The translations under genes were made by a program, and so were the position numbers. This document shows, one piece after another, positions 12,246 through 23,640 of a DNA stretch of 64,000 bases. The DNA is from Moniliella sp. 'wahieum' (taxonomy: Eukaryota): contig RSEE01000034.1 in the NCBI GenBank assembly GCA_003971905.1, positions 558,001-622,000 of the forward strand, written 5' to 3'. The notes under the pieces were generated by a model. That model ran no database searches and was not told the DNA's origin. It worked only from the letters and a program-made list of their open reading frames with translations. Position 1 is the first letter of the stretch, and each line of letters starts with the position of its first letter.

Positions 12246-15113
12246 TCAGAGAGCGCTGGGAAAACGTTCTATCCCGGGGTATGGCAAGTGCTCGCGAGCG
12301 CGAGCGCAGGCGCGAATGCTAGGGCTAGTATGGGTGCTAGGGGGGGAGGAGTGTGGGTGGCGGAGTGCGAGTGAGATGGCGAGTACGAGGGCTAGGACCA
12401 GAGCCGAGGCGAGGACGAGGACGAGGACGAAGGTGAGAGTGAGAGTGAGAGTGAGGTGAAGGGAGAGAAAAGTGGGCCGAGGCAGAGACGCAACGTTAGG
12501 CGGTCCCTGATCCAAGGGAACCACGTGTCCAGCCCGGCCGCAGCATTGGGGTGGGGGTAAGGAAAATAGTTTGTCCAACGGGGACAGAATGTCAAGCGAG
12601 GGTGCCTCGGCGCCTTGGCAACATACCGTCTCGTCCTCTGAGACGGGCGACGTTGGTCCCGCTTCCGCCTGGACGGGCTTAGGCGTGCCGAGAGCGGGTC
12701 CCAGCGAGGGGAAGGACCCGAATCGAACGAGATGCACGTTCCCTCGGCCCCTCGGCCCCTCGCGCTCCCAACCACTCGGCCCCGCGCTCGAGGGCGCACA
12801 CCCAGCCCCCACCGCCAACGGCGGCACCGACGGTCCGCTCCCAGGCCCAAACCACGAGCTGGACGAAACGTCCCCGAGCGTGCTCGCGGCCGAATCGAAC
12901 GTCAACTCGGGAATGAGCTGGTCTTGCGCGCCAGCACCGGCACCCACACTCGGTACCGAAGTAGGCACAGTCGCCTCAAGCGGAAGAGGAGGCGTCATGA
13001 TTAGTGTGGGCGCGGTAGCTGTCGCGGCGACGGACGCGGGCACGGGCGAACACAGTGGTCCAGCCACGGGCGAACACACAGCTCCTCCGAACCCGGCCGA
13101 CGGGTCAAACCCAGTCGGGCCTTCCATCAGCAGCGGCGACACGGGCGCAGTGACCATCCCAGGCCCAGGGGTAGAATGCTGAGGAAGCAAGAGCGGCGAT
13201 AGGAAGCCTGCGCGGTCCGAGTCAATGGGCACGCTGCTGTGGCGGACGCGCTGCACGGGCGCAGTGAGCCAGTTGGTGCTCAGGTTGGCGTTGGGGGTTG
13301 GTGGCAGCGTTGGGGTTGGCCAAAGGTACGGGCGAGAGAGGCGCTTGGAACGTCTGCGATCTCGGTTTGCCATTGCGCGTGACGAACAGGTCGGGGGAAA
13401 CCGGGGCCAAGCCAAATGGCGGCCCGAGGCCCAGCCCGCCTGCCGAACTCGGGCGGTAGTCCACCTCGGCCATGGGAGGCGACGGAGAGAGGAGGACCGG
13501 GTTGGGAACGGCCAAGGGGAACGCGCTAGGCTGCGAAGGCGGTAGCATCACCATTGGGTGGGGCGAGGGATGGGGCGACAGAAATGCCGGCCCGGCCGGA
13601 TTGGAAAATAGAGGCGGAGGCGGAGGGGCCCGACGAGAGCGCATCATAGGCTGCTTGGTGGGCCGCATATCCGCCACGGGCTCCTCGGCAGGTCGCTTAT
13701 GGGACAAAGGCGCACTCTTGCACACCGAAGACGACGGCGTACCTCCGTCAGGCAAGAGGAACCCGGGCCCATCGGCCAGGCCGAGAAGAAAGGGAGACGG
13801 CATGCGGTCAGGAAGGATGGTTTTGACAAACAGGTCCATCGGCACCTCGTTCCCGCGTAGCTCTTCGGGAATGCACGAGTTCCACGACTTGATCTTGGTG
13901 AATTGACGCGTCAGATCGTTGTAGCGGAACTCGCTGACATAGAGTTGCTCTGTCGCCGGGTTCCACACAGCCGACGTGGGCCGGCCACGAATGAAGCGCG
14001 TGTAGAACATGACAAAGCACCTCTCCACGATATCTTGAATCTTGTGGTCAACCATCAGCCCAGTCTTGAAAACCTCGTTGGCAATGAACCGACGCGAGGC
14101 CGGGTGCACCGTCTCTTCCGGCCGGTGGTACCAGCACACAGATACATAGCACTGGCCCGTAGGGGTGGGGAAGGGGGCGAGAGCGAGGTGGAGCCTGGGC
14201 GAGCGTTGGTTGGATGCGACGCATCGGACACCTTTTCCAGCACCTTGAAAATCTGCCCCACGATCGGCTTGGATGGGTCCGAAGGGTTCAGCACGTGGAC
14301 CCAGTCGCCGACACGGTAGGTCTGGCCCTTGAACTGGGCGTAATCCAAAACAACCTTCTCGCGGTTATGCAGACGGCCATGAGAAATAGCGTCGGCAGTG
14401 CACGTGGGGGGCATCGCCATCCCCTGTTGCGCCTGCGCCGTATGCACTTCACCAGGACCAATGGGGACCGTGCTGAAGGGCGTAGGTTGCAGCGACGCGA
14501 GGTGGACAACAGCATTCATGTGCGTCTCAATCGCCTCGGTCGAGCTGCCACAAGGCCAATTGACCAGCTCAAAGTAAACGTGCTGCAGGCGGACCAGCTG
14601 ACTGTACGCGGGGGTGCCGACCTTGCTGGCCAGGCGAGCGTTGGTAAAGAGCTGTAGGACGTCTGTCTCAAACGCCGATGGCGAGGGGTAAGCCCCGCGC
14701 GAACATTGTGTTCAATGGCATGCACCGACACCTGGGCAAGGCAAGGTCAGCATTAGGGCAGCAGCAAGAAAGAAGCGGAAGAGCGACTGCGTACCTCTTT
14801 GTCGGACAAATGCTTGTTGTTGGGGTCTGAGCTCAACGCGAGGACGGCAAGGGGGGTAAAGGGAGTCGAATCACGCGGGTGCTGGGCGGGGCGGAGGGCC
14901 AAAAGGTGGGCAAGGACAGATGCGTAGACCGCGTGGGCATGGGCCAGCACATCCTGGCCGGCGGGGACGGGGGGGAGGTGGAGCCAGCCAAGATTAGCGG
15001 GGTGTGGCGGGACGGAAAGGCGCGGGGGGAGGGGCAGGGGCGGGGGGCGCAGGGGGCGCAGAGGGCGCGGGGGCAAAGACGCTGGGGATGGCGATGGGGA
15101 TGGGGGTGGCCAT
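12246..15113 (-). CDS. Rsc1/Rsc2/polybromo-like chromatin protein: one degenerate bromodomain + BAH domain + long low-complexity tail
   Basis: Bromo-like VSVHAIEHNVRAG.YPSPSAFETDVLQLFTNAR..TPAYSQLVRLQHVY after intron 14794-14732. BAH: FKGQTYRVGDWVHVLNPSDPSKPIVGQIF..GQCYVSVCWYHRPEETVHPASRRFIANEVFKT..ERCFVMFYTRFIRGRP..FTKIKSWNSCIPEELR. The 3' end is uncertain. Confidence 0.82.
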
Positions 15114-16742
15114 GGCGAGGAGGGAACGAATGTGGGGGCCTGCCGTGTGGGCGAGGGCAGAGCGGCAAAAGAATGTGGGTGGGCGAGGGGAGGGTGCGTG
15201 GTGGGGGTGGTGGGGTGAAGGCAGTGGCGATGGCAGGAGGGGTGGTGGTGGAGGTGGTGGCGATGGTGGTGGTCGCAGGGTGGTCGATGAATGGCGGCTG
15301 CGAAAAACGCACAAAAGCTCTCTGGGCTTGGGTCTCAGAGCGCCGACGCAGGCCAGAGTGGGGCCAGGCGTGGGCGGCGCACAGGGCCAGTGTGGGTGCG
15401 GTGCTGCCCTACGGTCTGTGTGGGACGATGGTGCGATGCATGAGGGGGCGGTGGCAATCGATGACCACGGCTGGACCCCTGACGCGATGACGTGGGCGGG
15501 GGGCAGCTGCAGCGCGCTGCGTCTGCGCGCACACTGCCCCTGCGCCTCCGCCCGCTGGTTGCAACGCGGACATGGCCACTGTGAGCGCTTGCGCTTGGCA
15601 GGCACAGCGCGAGTGTTCCACCGCGGCTGCTGTCGGGAGATTTCGGCGTTGGCAGCCGATGGCCACAACACTGGCGTTCAATGTTCAAGCTTCAAGTTCA
15701 ATGTTCACATTGCAAAATCGCCAACATGCAACTTTCAACCACTGAATGTGGCGCCATTGAATACTCCTGCATCCTGTGATGCATGTCTTGTGCCAGCGCA
15801 CCTGCCTGGACGAGGCTGGTGGCCACGTGACCCTGGGGTTGGGTGGGATCCAAGGTATGGATGCGAGCGGCTGGTGGCGATCAACCGGTGGAGATCACAT
15901 GCGCATGAGAGGCCAACCAGGCGACGGAAGAGAGGCCGCGCAAGGCAAACCGTGCCTCGCAAGAGTGTCTGTGGGTGGGGTGCTTTGCCAACACAACAAT
16001 CATTGATCAGACAGGAAACGCGGCGAGCAAACGTCTGGGCTGCCACACAACGACATTGTGATGCATGTCAATGTCGTATCTGTCATCCATACTGTCATCC
16101 AGCGGGCGCACACCGTTCTAGGAGACGGCCTGGCGGCCACCCCGACCACTCGGCCACCCCCGCCGCAGCAACACACACTTGCCCTGCACTGGAGGCCTGA
16201 GGCTTGCTTGCGACAGGATGCACAGAGGAGATGCGGGGGGCGCATGCGGTGGGGGCGCAGGCGCAGTGCAGCTGTGGAGACAGCATATCTCTGCTGTGGG
16301 TTGGTGCTGTGAAGGGATGCGCATCTGTGGCCACGACCAGGATATGCTGCACCCCCCCCACAGCTGCCCTTGCAGCAGCCCCAGGCAGATGCGCGGAGCA
16401 GCAAAGCAGAAAGCTGCGTGCTCGGCTATATATGCAACACACATTTATACGCATTTCCAACCCGAGCGGCGGCGAGGGCGAGCATGTCGGCTCTCAATCG
16501 GATCGACGGCAGAGCCCGCTCTTATCCTCGCTGGGGCACACTGGTCACGCGGCGGCTGTAGGGGCCGCGAGCTCTCGGCTGGCCAACTCCGGATGCTGAA
16601 CGCGGCTGGGGCCCTGCCGCAGTCTAGCCCCACCCCCCCACTGGCGCCCGCAGCATGCAGAATGGCGCAGTGGCCGGTGTGGCCGCCCACCGCCCCTGCG
16701 CCCCCCCGGCCTTTGGTGTTTCCCGCCTCTTTCTCGTTTGCA

Positions 16743-16750
16743 TATATATA
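16743..16750 (+). promoter_or_regulatory. Putative TATA element of the Rds1-like gene
   Basis: TATATATA about 95 nt upstream of ATG 16841, followed by a C-rich leader. Confidence 0.4.
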
Positions 16751-16840
16751 CAGCACACACCCAGCATATATGCAGCCCCCCCCCATCCCTCCTCCTCTCC
16801 CCTCCCCACCCCACCCCTTATCTCATCCCACAGGCTCATC

Positions 16841-18037
16841 ATGCGCATCGTTACCTTCTCCTTCGCTCTCCTTGCCCCGCTGGCCGCCGTCCTAGCCATC
16901 CCCCTCGACCAACACTCCCCCCCGCCCGCTCGTTCTGGCAGCAACGACGCCCCCAGCGAGGTCAACACGGGCCTCTTCACCGAGCCCCAGATCCAGAGCC
17001 TCCAAGTGGCTGTGTACCAGGCGAATGCCCAGGTATGTCACCCCCCCATGTACCGTATGCGTATAGACACAAAGAGAGAAAGAAACTGATGACACCCCTT
17101 TTGTCTCCTTCCATTCCGTCTCGGCATTATATAGGTTGCTCTTTTCACCCGTGGCCTCAACTTTAGCGCCGAGCAGTTCAGTGCTGCCGGACTCAACTCC
17201 AACAACACGACCCAGCTCAAGTGGATGGCCGAGACGTCGCTGGCTCACCGTGATATGTTGGTGAGCGAGCTGCAGCAGGCCAATGCGGTTGTGCCGCAGC
17301 CGTGCGACTATGTGTGGGAGTTTGAGGACACGGTCCCGGCTTTCCTCCAGTACTGCCTGATCAACCTGCAAAACGGCGTGTCGGGTGTTCTCGGTGGCAT
17401 CCTTCATGACATGCAGCACCCCTACACCATCCTTGCGTCTCAAGTTGCTGCGGGCACCCAGGCCATGATCACCATCCTTCGTCAGTTCCTCGGTCTGTTC
17501 CCTGACCCTACCGCCGTGCCGCCACCCCTCCCATCCTTGTACCATTGGACCTTGGCCATCCGCGACTATGGCAAGTGCCCGACCGGCAACCCGATCCCGT
17601 TCAATTGGACCTTCCCCGCGCTGCTGGTCTCCAACATGCCTGTGTACCACAACAACTCGCCTGCCCTCAGCAACATGGACTACCCCTCCCTCACCAAGCC
17701 CAACGAAACCATCGACTTCTCCTGGCTGCCCAACTCACCCATGGGCCCCTTTAACCAGACCGCTTCGTCCAAGGTCAAGGCCCCCACCCACGCGGTCTTC
17801 ATTACGCAGGACAAGTACATCACTGTCCCGCTTACCAGCGTCAACGCCACCGCCGCCTCCACCAAGCTGCCCCCCGTGATTGATGGATTGAGCTCGATCT
17901 TTGGCCAGATCAATGTGGCGGTGAACGGGACGACGTACATTACCCTCACCGACTCGGACGCGGTCTACACCAACTTTAACATCTCCACCATCTTTGACCA
18001 CACCTTTGCTGGTCCCACCCTGTACCGTGCTGGCTAA
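16841..18037 (+). CDS. Secreted Rds1-like ferritin-fold (Ferritin_2) protein, 364 aa
   Basis: Signal peptide MRIVTFSFALLAPLAAVLA; intron 17033-17134 (GTATGT..TAG, phase 0). LFTRGLNFSAEQFSAAGL, PQPCDY, ILRQFLGLFP, FPAL, AVNGTTYITLTDSD and terminal YRAG follow the Rds1 family layout. Several N-x-S/T sequons. No frameshift needed. Confidence 0.8.
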
Positions 18038-18666
18038 ATAAGCCTTGCTTGTTTCGAGCGCGAGAGGAGCTCTTTTTTTAGTCTCTCACCCACAGCCAAC
18101 CAGCCTATATGGTACCTGTTTCCCTTTTCTGTCTTTTTCCCCTCCCCACCCCTCGACACGTTTCATCATTTTGACCCTTCCCGGCTATGGCCCACTATGC
18201 CCTCTTTCCTCCCTCTCGGGGGAGAGTATAATTCTTCTGGACCGCAATTGACTTGGTTCGACCCATTGCACGCACGGGTGTCGTGTGGCGACGGAGATAG
18301 GATGGTAATGCCACGGTGTGCACCGAGTACTGGGGTGTACCGCGTTGGGCATATATACGGCCGTGCCAGAGACCAGTAGGGTTGGTGCCGGTGCGGGGCA
18401 CGTGGGGGTGGTGGGTTGGGGGGCGGTGGCCGTGCCGTGTCGGGCGGCGGCTGGCATGCGGGGCGGGTGGATGGTGTGACAGCGGGTGTGACAGGTGGGG
18501 CAGGCGGGCCGTGGGCGCAGACACCGCAGCGGAGGAATTCGACCCATCGACCAGCGTGATGTGATGTAGTGATCTGCCTGCCATCGTGCCGGCCAGGCAC
18601 TTCCACCGCCATGAATTCCATTCTTCTTCCCCCCCGCTCCCCTCCCCTCTGCCTCCGCCCACCACC

Positions 18667-20728
18667 ATGGCCTTCCTCACGACCGTCCTTGTGCTCCTGC
18701 TCCTGCTCCTGCTCCTCCCCTCCTCCTCCTCACCCGCGCACAGCGCCTCCCCCACCCACCACCCACGTACGTCCCCCGCCTCCCTTGCGCACACAGTGCC
18801 CCACCTGCGAATATACCCGCTAACGTACCTAACCGCTCACCGCATCCGCTCCAGCGCCCCCGCGTCCAGCCCGCCGCACCCGAGCACACGCCCCCCGAGC
18901 CACAGCCACGCGCCCAGACCACCACCCACCCGAGCGCCACGCGCACCCGCCCACACAGGCCAACACGGCCACCACCCCCACCCCCATCCCACCGTACCCC
19001 CCACCCGCCCTCCTCCGAGCCCGTGGCCGAGCCCAAGCCCGTGGCCGCCGTCCAGCGCTGCCCAGCCACTCGGTCCCCGCCCCCACTCGCGCCACGCACC
19101 TGCCCCCACCCAGGCACCCGCGTCCCAGCCCGCTCCCGGCACGACCACGACGGTGGCGCGCCCCGTGGCGGCGGGGTAGCGGCCGTGGCCGTGCCTTCCC
19201 CAGCGCGCGCCGCTGCACCGCGTCCGGACCCGACCATCCCGCGCGCTGCGTCCATGTCGTCCAGGTCGGGGTCGGGCCAGGGTCGGGACTGAGACCGCGA
19301 TCGGGACTGCACGAACCGGACTACCCGGACCCGTACGCGTGCTACCCCCCACCACGCCCGAGGAGAGTATCCGTGCCGCCCAGGGCACCACCGTGCCCAA
19401 AGGGTCCAAGCTGTACCCTACCCCCTGCCTGCTGTCCGGTCGGGCGGGCTGGACGGTTTGGCCCCGGCTCCTGCGCCGGCTCCTGCACCGCAGGCCACCG
19501 CACCACGTCGCACCACGTCGCAGGACCGGGCTCCCGCACTGGCTGCTGCTAAGGCTGCGTCTCCGCGCCTGGGATCCGTCTACCCTGACCTTTAACGCGC
19601 CTGAGCGTGGGACTGAGCGTGGGACTGAGCCTGGCGCGAGCCGTCAGACTGCCAGTCCCGCTGAGCCGCAAGGCACGCCAGCGCCCACTCGGCCGTCCCC
19701 ACGGGACCGAGCACCGCGCAGCTAGGAGCGGCGGCGGGCGTCGTGCCGGGGACGCCCAAGGCGGTGCGAACGGTCTCTGGTCCCGCCTCCGTGCTTACCT
19801 CCCCCGAAGCCGGCGCGGCGGAGCCAACCATCCCACGCGCTGCGTCCATGTCGTCCAGGTCGGGGTCAGGATCAGGGTCAGGGTCGGGGTCGAGACCGCG
19901 ATCGAGGTCGGGACTGCACGAACCGGACTACCCAGACCCTACGCGTGCTACCCCCCCACCACGCCGAGGAGAGTATCCGTGCCGCCCAGGGCACCACCGT
20001 GCCCAAAGGGTCCAAGGTGTACCCCTACCCCTGCCTGACGGCGTGGCTCCGGCTCCGGCATCTGCACCGCAGGCCACCGCGCCGCAGGACCGGGTTGCTG
20101 CACTGGGTGCTGCTGCTGCCGCTCCTCCTCTCCTAAGCCGGGGCTCGTGCTACCCTGACCGTTAACGCGCCTGAGCGTGGGACTGGGCCTGGCACGAGCC
20201 GTGACGCTGCCAGTTTCGCTGAGACGCAGGGCGCCGCGCCCACCCCCTCAGTCCCACGGGACCCAGCACGGCGCTCCCATCCTCTCCCACCGCGCTGGCG
20301 CCGCACGGCCCAACGCAAGAGGAGGAGCTCAAGAGTTCTCAGTCCAAGATAGCCGTGGGGTCTACCCTGCGGCTGCTGACCGCCTCGCTGACGCCCGTAC
20401 CCGCCGACGCAGAAGCAGCCAAACCAACCTCCTCTCCCGCCGCTCCGGCTGCGCTACCTGCTACCCGCCTCACCACACACGCTCCTTGCATCCTGGCGAG
20501 GCGTACGGCGCTTACCCGCTTACCCCGCTTACCCCGCTTCGCCCGCTTCACCGGCTTCGCCCCACTCGTCTCGCGCACCTTCGTTTCGCGCCCCTCGCGT
20601 TCCCCGTCGCCGCGCGCGCCCTCGCTTCGCGCCCTCGCTACCCCGTCGCCGCGCGCTTCCCCCCCGCAAGTCGCTCCGCCAAGAAACTCAAACAGATCAA
20701 GCGCAAGATCCTTCACCCCGACCACTAA
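18667..20728 (+). CDS. Orphan Pro/Ala/Arg-rich, possibly secreted protein with internal duplication (frame unresolved)
   Basis: ACCACCATGG start, hydrophobic leader MAFLTTVLVLLLLLLLLPSSS, canonical intron 18767-18854 (GTACGT..GCTAAC..CAG). Low-complexity frames downstream; one ends KKLKQIKRKILHPDH-stop at 20728. Confidence 0.45.
19233..20275 (+). repeat. Imperfect direct duplication, two ~450-490 bp units (19233-~19720 and 19827-~20275)
   Basis: Shared anchors: accatccc at 19233/19827, a 51-nt identical block at 19360-19410/19966-20016, and taacgcgcctgagcgtgggactg at 19593/20163. Confidence 0.92.
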
Positions 20729-20986
20729 CCACTAAACCACTCCGACTGAGTACTCAGACTGAGTACTGACCACGACCTACGAACCCCGACCCGGACTTGG
20801 GTTACCTACCTGTCCGCCCCGCCGCCCCTTACCCCGTAGACAAAATCCTATTGCTTGATTGCAGCCGCCAGCGTGGGCGCATGCTGGTCAGCGTCACGCA
20901 CGCAGCACTACACGTGGGATCCACCGCGTGGCAAGGTACAGGCATGGTGCGCAGGATTGGGCGGAGGGTACAGGAAAGAGTAGACC

Positions 20987-21233
20987 GAGGAGAGGAGAGG
21001 AGAGGAGAGGAGAGGAGAGGAGAGGAGAGGAGAGGAGAGGAGAGGAGAGGAGAGGAGAGGAGAGGAGAGGAGAGGAGAGGAGAGGAGAGGAGAGGAGAGG
21101 AGGAGGAGAGGAGAGGAGAGGAGAGGAGAGGAGAGGAGAGGAGAGGAGAGGAGAGGAGAGGAGGGAGAGGAGAGGAGAGGAGGGAGAGGAGAGGAGAGGA
21201 GAGGAGAGGAGAGGAGAGGAGAGAGAGGAGAGG
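20987..21233. repeat. (GAGAG)n pentanucleotide microsatellite, pure polypurine tract
   Basis: About 245 nt of AGAGG units with a few slips and no pyrimidines on the + strand. Confidence 0.97.
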
Positions 21234-21593
21234 CAGGTAGAAACCCGCGAAAACTTTACGTAGGGGCAACAAGACACCCTTTTTCCCATTGCAACCACTT
21301 AGAGCGGAGGAGGCTGAGTCCGCCGCGCGCTACCAGGCAGTCCAACCAGACGTCCAGGAAGGGACAGGACGGGATGTGCTTACAGCCCATACCCCGCCGG
21401 CGCCTGGGGAAGGCACAGTTGGCCCGCGATCGCATCAGCGCCGGCTTGAGCTCTCGGGAACGTGCGCCGGATCCAGCTCGGGCACCTGGCTGCGCAGCGC
21501 GGCTCAGCCTCCGGCGGCAGGTGGAAGCCCCGGCGCCCGCGCGGGCGCTTGCGCCGCCAAGCCCGACGACCGCTGGCCAACGGGGCGTGGCTG

Positions 21594-22417
21594 CTAGCGG
21601 GCACGGCGGAAGCGGCCGGGGCGAGCGAAGCGGGCAAGGCCGAGGTAGTGGTGGATGGGTGCACGGGCGCGGGGGCTGGGGTTCGCGACTGGGGCCGGGG
21701 CCGGGGCTGTGGTCGCAGCGGCCGGAACGGAGCGCTGGGCGGGCGTCTCGGCAAACAAGCCGACGGTCTGCGCCATTGAAGCCAGTGGGCACGGTGCCTT
21801 GGGAGTGTGGAAAGAAAAACGGGCGGAGCACGCTCGAGTACACAATCTTGGCGCCCTGCGTCTGGGGCAGCATGAGCCAGATGAGGAAGAGCGACTTGGC
21901 CGTGTAGTAGTAGAACGGGAACCAGTACAGCACATGGTCCGACACCGTCTCGAGCACAGAAGAAGGTACACCGACCAGTACGTGAGCCATTGCGTGTCGT
22001 CCGCCCGCCGGGCGTCTGGAGCGCCTTCATCGAGTAGTACGCAGGGATGAAGAAGCCGAGGGCGTTGGTCAGCAGCGAGGCAAAGGATGTGAAAAAGATG
22101 AACTGGACAAGAGAGGGTAAGTTAGCGGGGCACTTGTAGGCGCAGGCACGGGCCAAGGAAAGCAGACGTACAAAGGCAAACACACCAAACACACCAACGC
22201 CCAGGTAGGCCTTCTTGATGCGGTCTGCGTTCAAAGCGGACGAGGGAGGGGAAGCGGGACAACTCGCGGTCAATGGGCTGGATGTAGGGCTCGATCCACG
22301 CCTCGAGCTTGGCAATGTACGGCTGGGCTTTGGTAGTGGGGCTGGATGGCGGCCGAGGCACGGTTGTAGTGGGCGTACGCCGCCTGCGCCGCGCCAAGCT
22401 GGGGAAAACTGGCTCAT
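21594..22417 (-). CDS. YOP1: Yop1/REEP (TB2/DP1/HVA22) ER-shaping protein
   Basis: IDRELSRFPSLVRFE..IKKAYLGVGVFGVFAF; intron 22171-22103; FASLLTNALGFFIPAYYSMKALQTPG..DDTQWLTYW..VLYWFPFYYYTAKSLFLIWLMLPQTQGAKIVYSSVLRP. Several frameshifts; C-terminus uncertain. Confidence 0.92.
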
Positions 22418-23640
22418 GGTCAGGGGGGGAGTGGTGGTGGTGGGAGGGGGGGAGGCAAAAGAGGAAAGAAAAGAGGCGAGCAGCATGCGCTTGCTCGTCG
22501 TCATCGCACCTTCGCTCGTCTGCTCCAACCAGACTCAACCAGCTCCATTCCTCCACCCACTGCTGCGATCGCGTGATGGATCAGCGGTGCTCCGATCCAC
22601 AGCCCGCCGTCCCGTCGGCCCGCAGCACCCGCCGCGCACGGCGCCAGTGTCTGCACGGCCCCCGCCGCCCATTCACGTAAGCGCGCCGCCGCGCTCGCGC
22701 CGCACGGCGCCAGTGGCGACGTCATTGGCACGCCCTCGCCCACCGCGCACCCACGTGGGCGCGCAGCCCACGCCCCGAGCGCTGCGTTGCACCGAGTGGT
22801 ATGAATATGGTTCGCCCTACATCACGCTGCCATCACACCCGTCACATGTGATGGCGCCCCCTCGGCAGGCCAAATCGGGCAAGTGCCTCTGCTGTGGCAT
22901 TCCAGCCCACGCGTTCAACACCAGCCGCTGCCATGCGACACCATGTGACGTGTCTGGCTAACCGCTAAAGTAACTGGTAACCGGTAACGTAGGTCGTCAG
23001 ACCAGTTGAACAGGTCCAGCAGCTCCGGGGTAACGCGGCTCGGCGGTGGCATTACCATACTCAAAGGGCTGTACTAGTAGGCAGAATCAGACGCAGTCCT
23101 AATGAAGAGAGCAAGCACTACTGAGAGTAACCGCGGTGCACTGGAGTGGTCGTCGTAAGTCGTAAATCCCCAAGAGTGGTAGAAGGTGGAATATAGATGT
23201 AACAGGGTGAACAGGGAGGGACAGGGACAGGATGGTCGATGAGGACCACATCTCGCAAACCATCATACTGCGCCCAACGAAAGGCCCACCGCTGTCTCCC
23301 CTGCCTGACCCCCAGCCTCCGACCCAGTCTGCCTCCGACGTTGCTCTTCCCGCCCCGCAACAGAAAGAAGCCCAATAGCGAGGAGGTGCTGCTCTATGCC
23401 CCGGAGAGTAGTATGCTGCCGCTGTCACCAGTCATCCGCCACCTCCACCGTGCTCCGTTCCATGGCTCACCGTCTCCCTCTTCCTTCTCCATCTGCAATA
23501 GAGGTGCCCAAGTGCAACTCATTCTCCACCTCCCCGGCAGAGGCCATTGCTAGACAATATCGACAAGAAGCTGGGGGTGCACACCTTGGGCCTGACCCTA
23601 CCTGTCACGGGCGGGCACCGCCAGGGGGCCCGCCCTGGGT

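Noticed and set aside
14152..14231. Possible intron inside the BAH domain
   Set aside because: Weak donor; GQCYVSVCWY matches the BAH consensus as coding sequence, so an indel in the C-rich run explains the frame change better.
19233..20275. Direct repeats as LTRs or a CRISPR-like array
   Set aside because: Only two near-adjacent units, with no TG..CA ends, PBS, internal pol or spacer structure.
20797..21298. ORFs with EERRG / LLSSP repeats
   Set aside because: Translations of the (GAGAG)n microsatellite.
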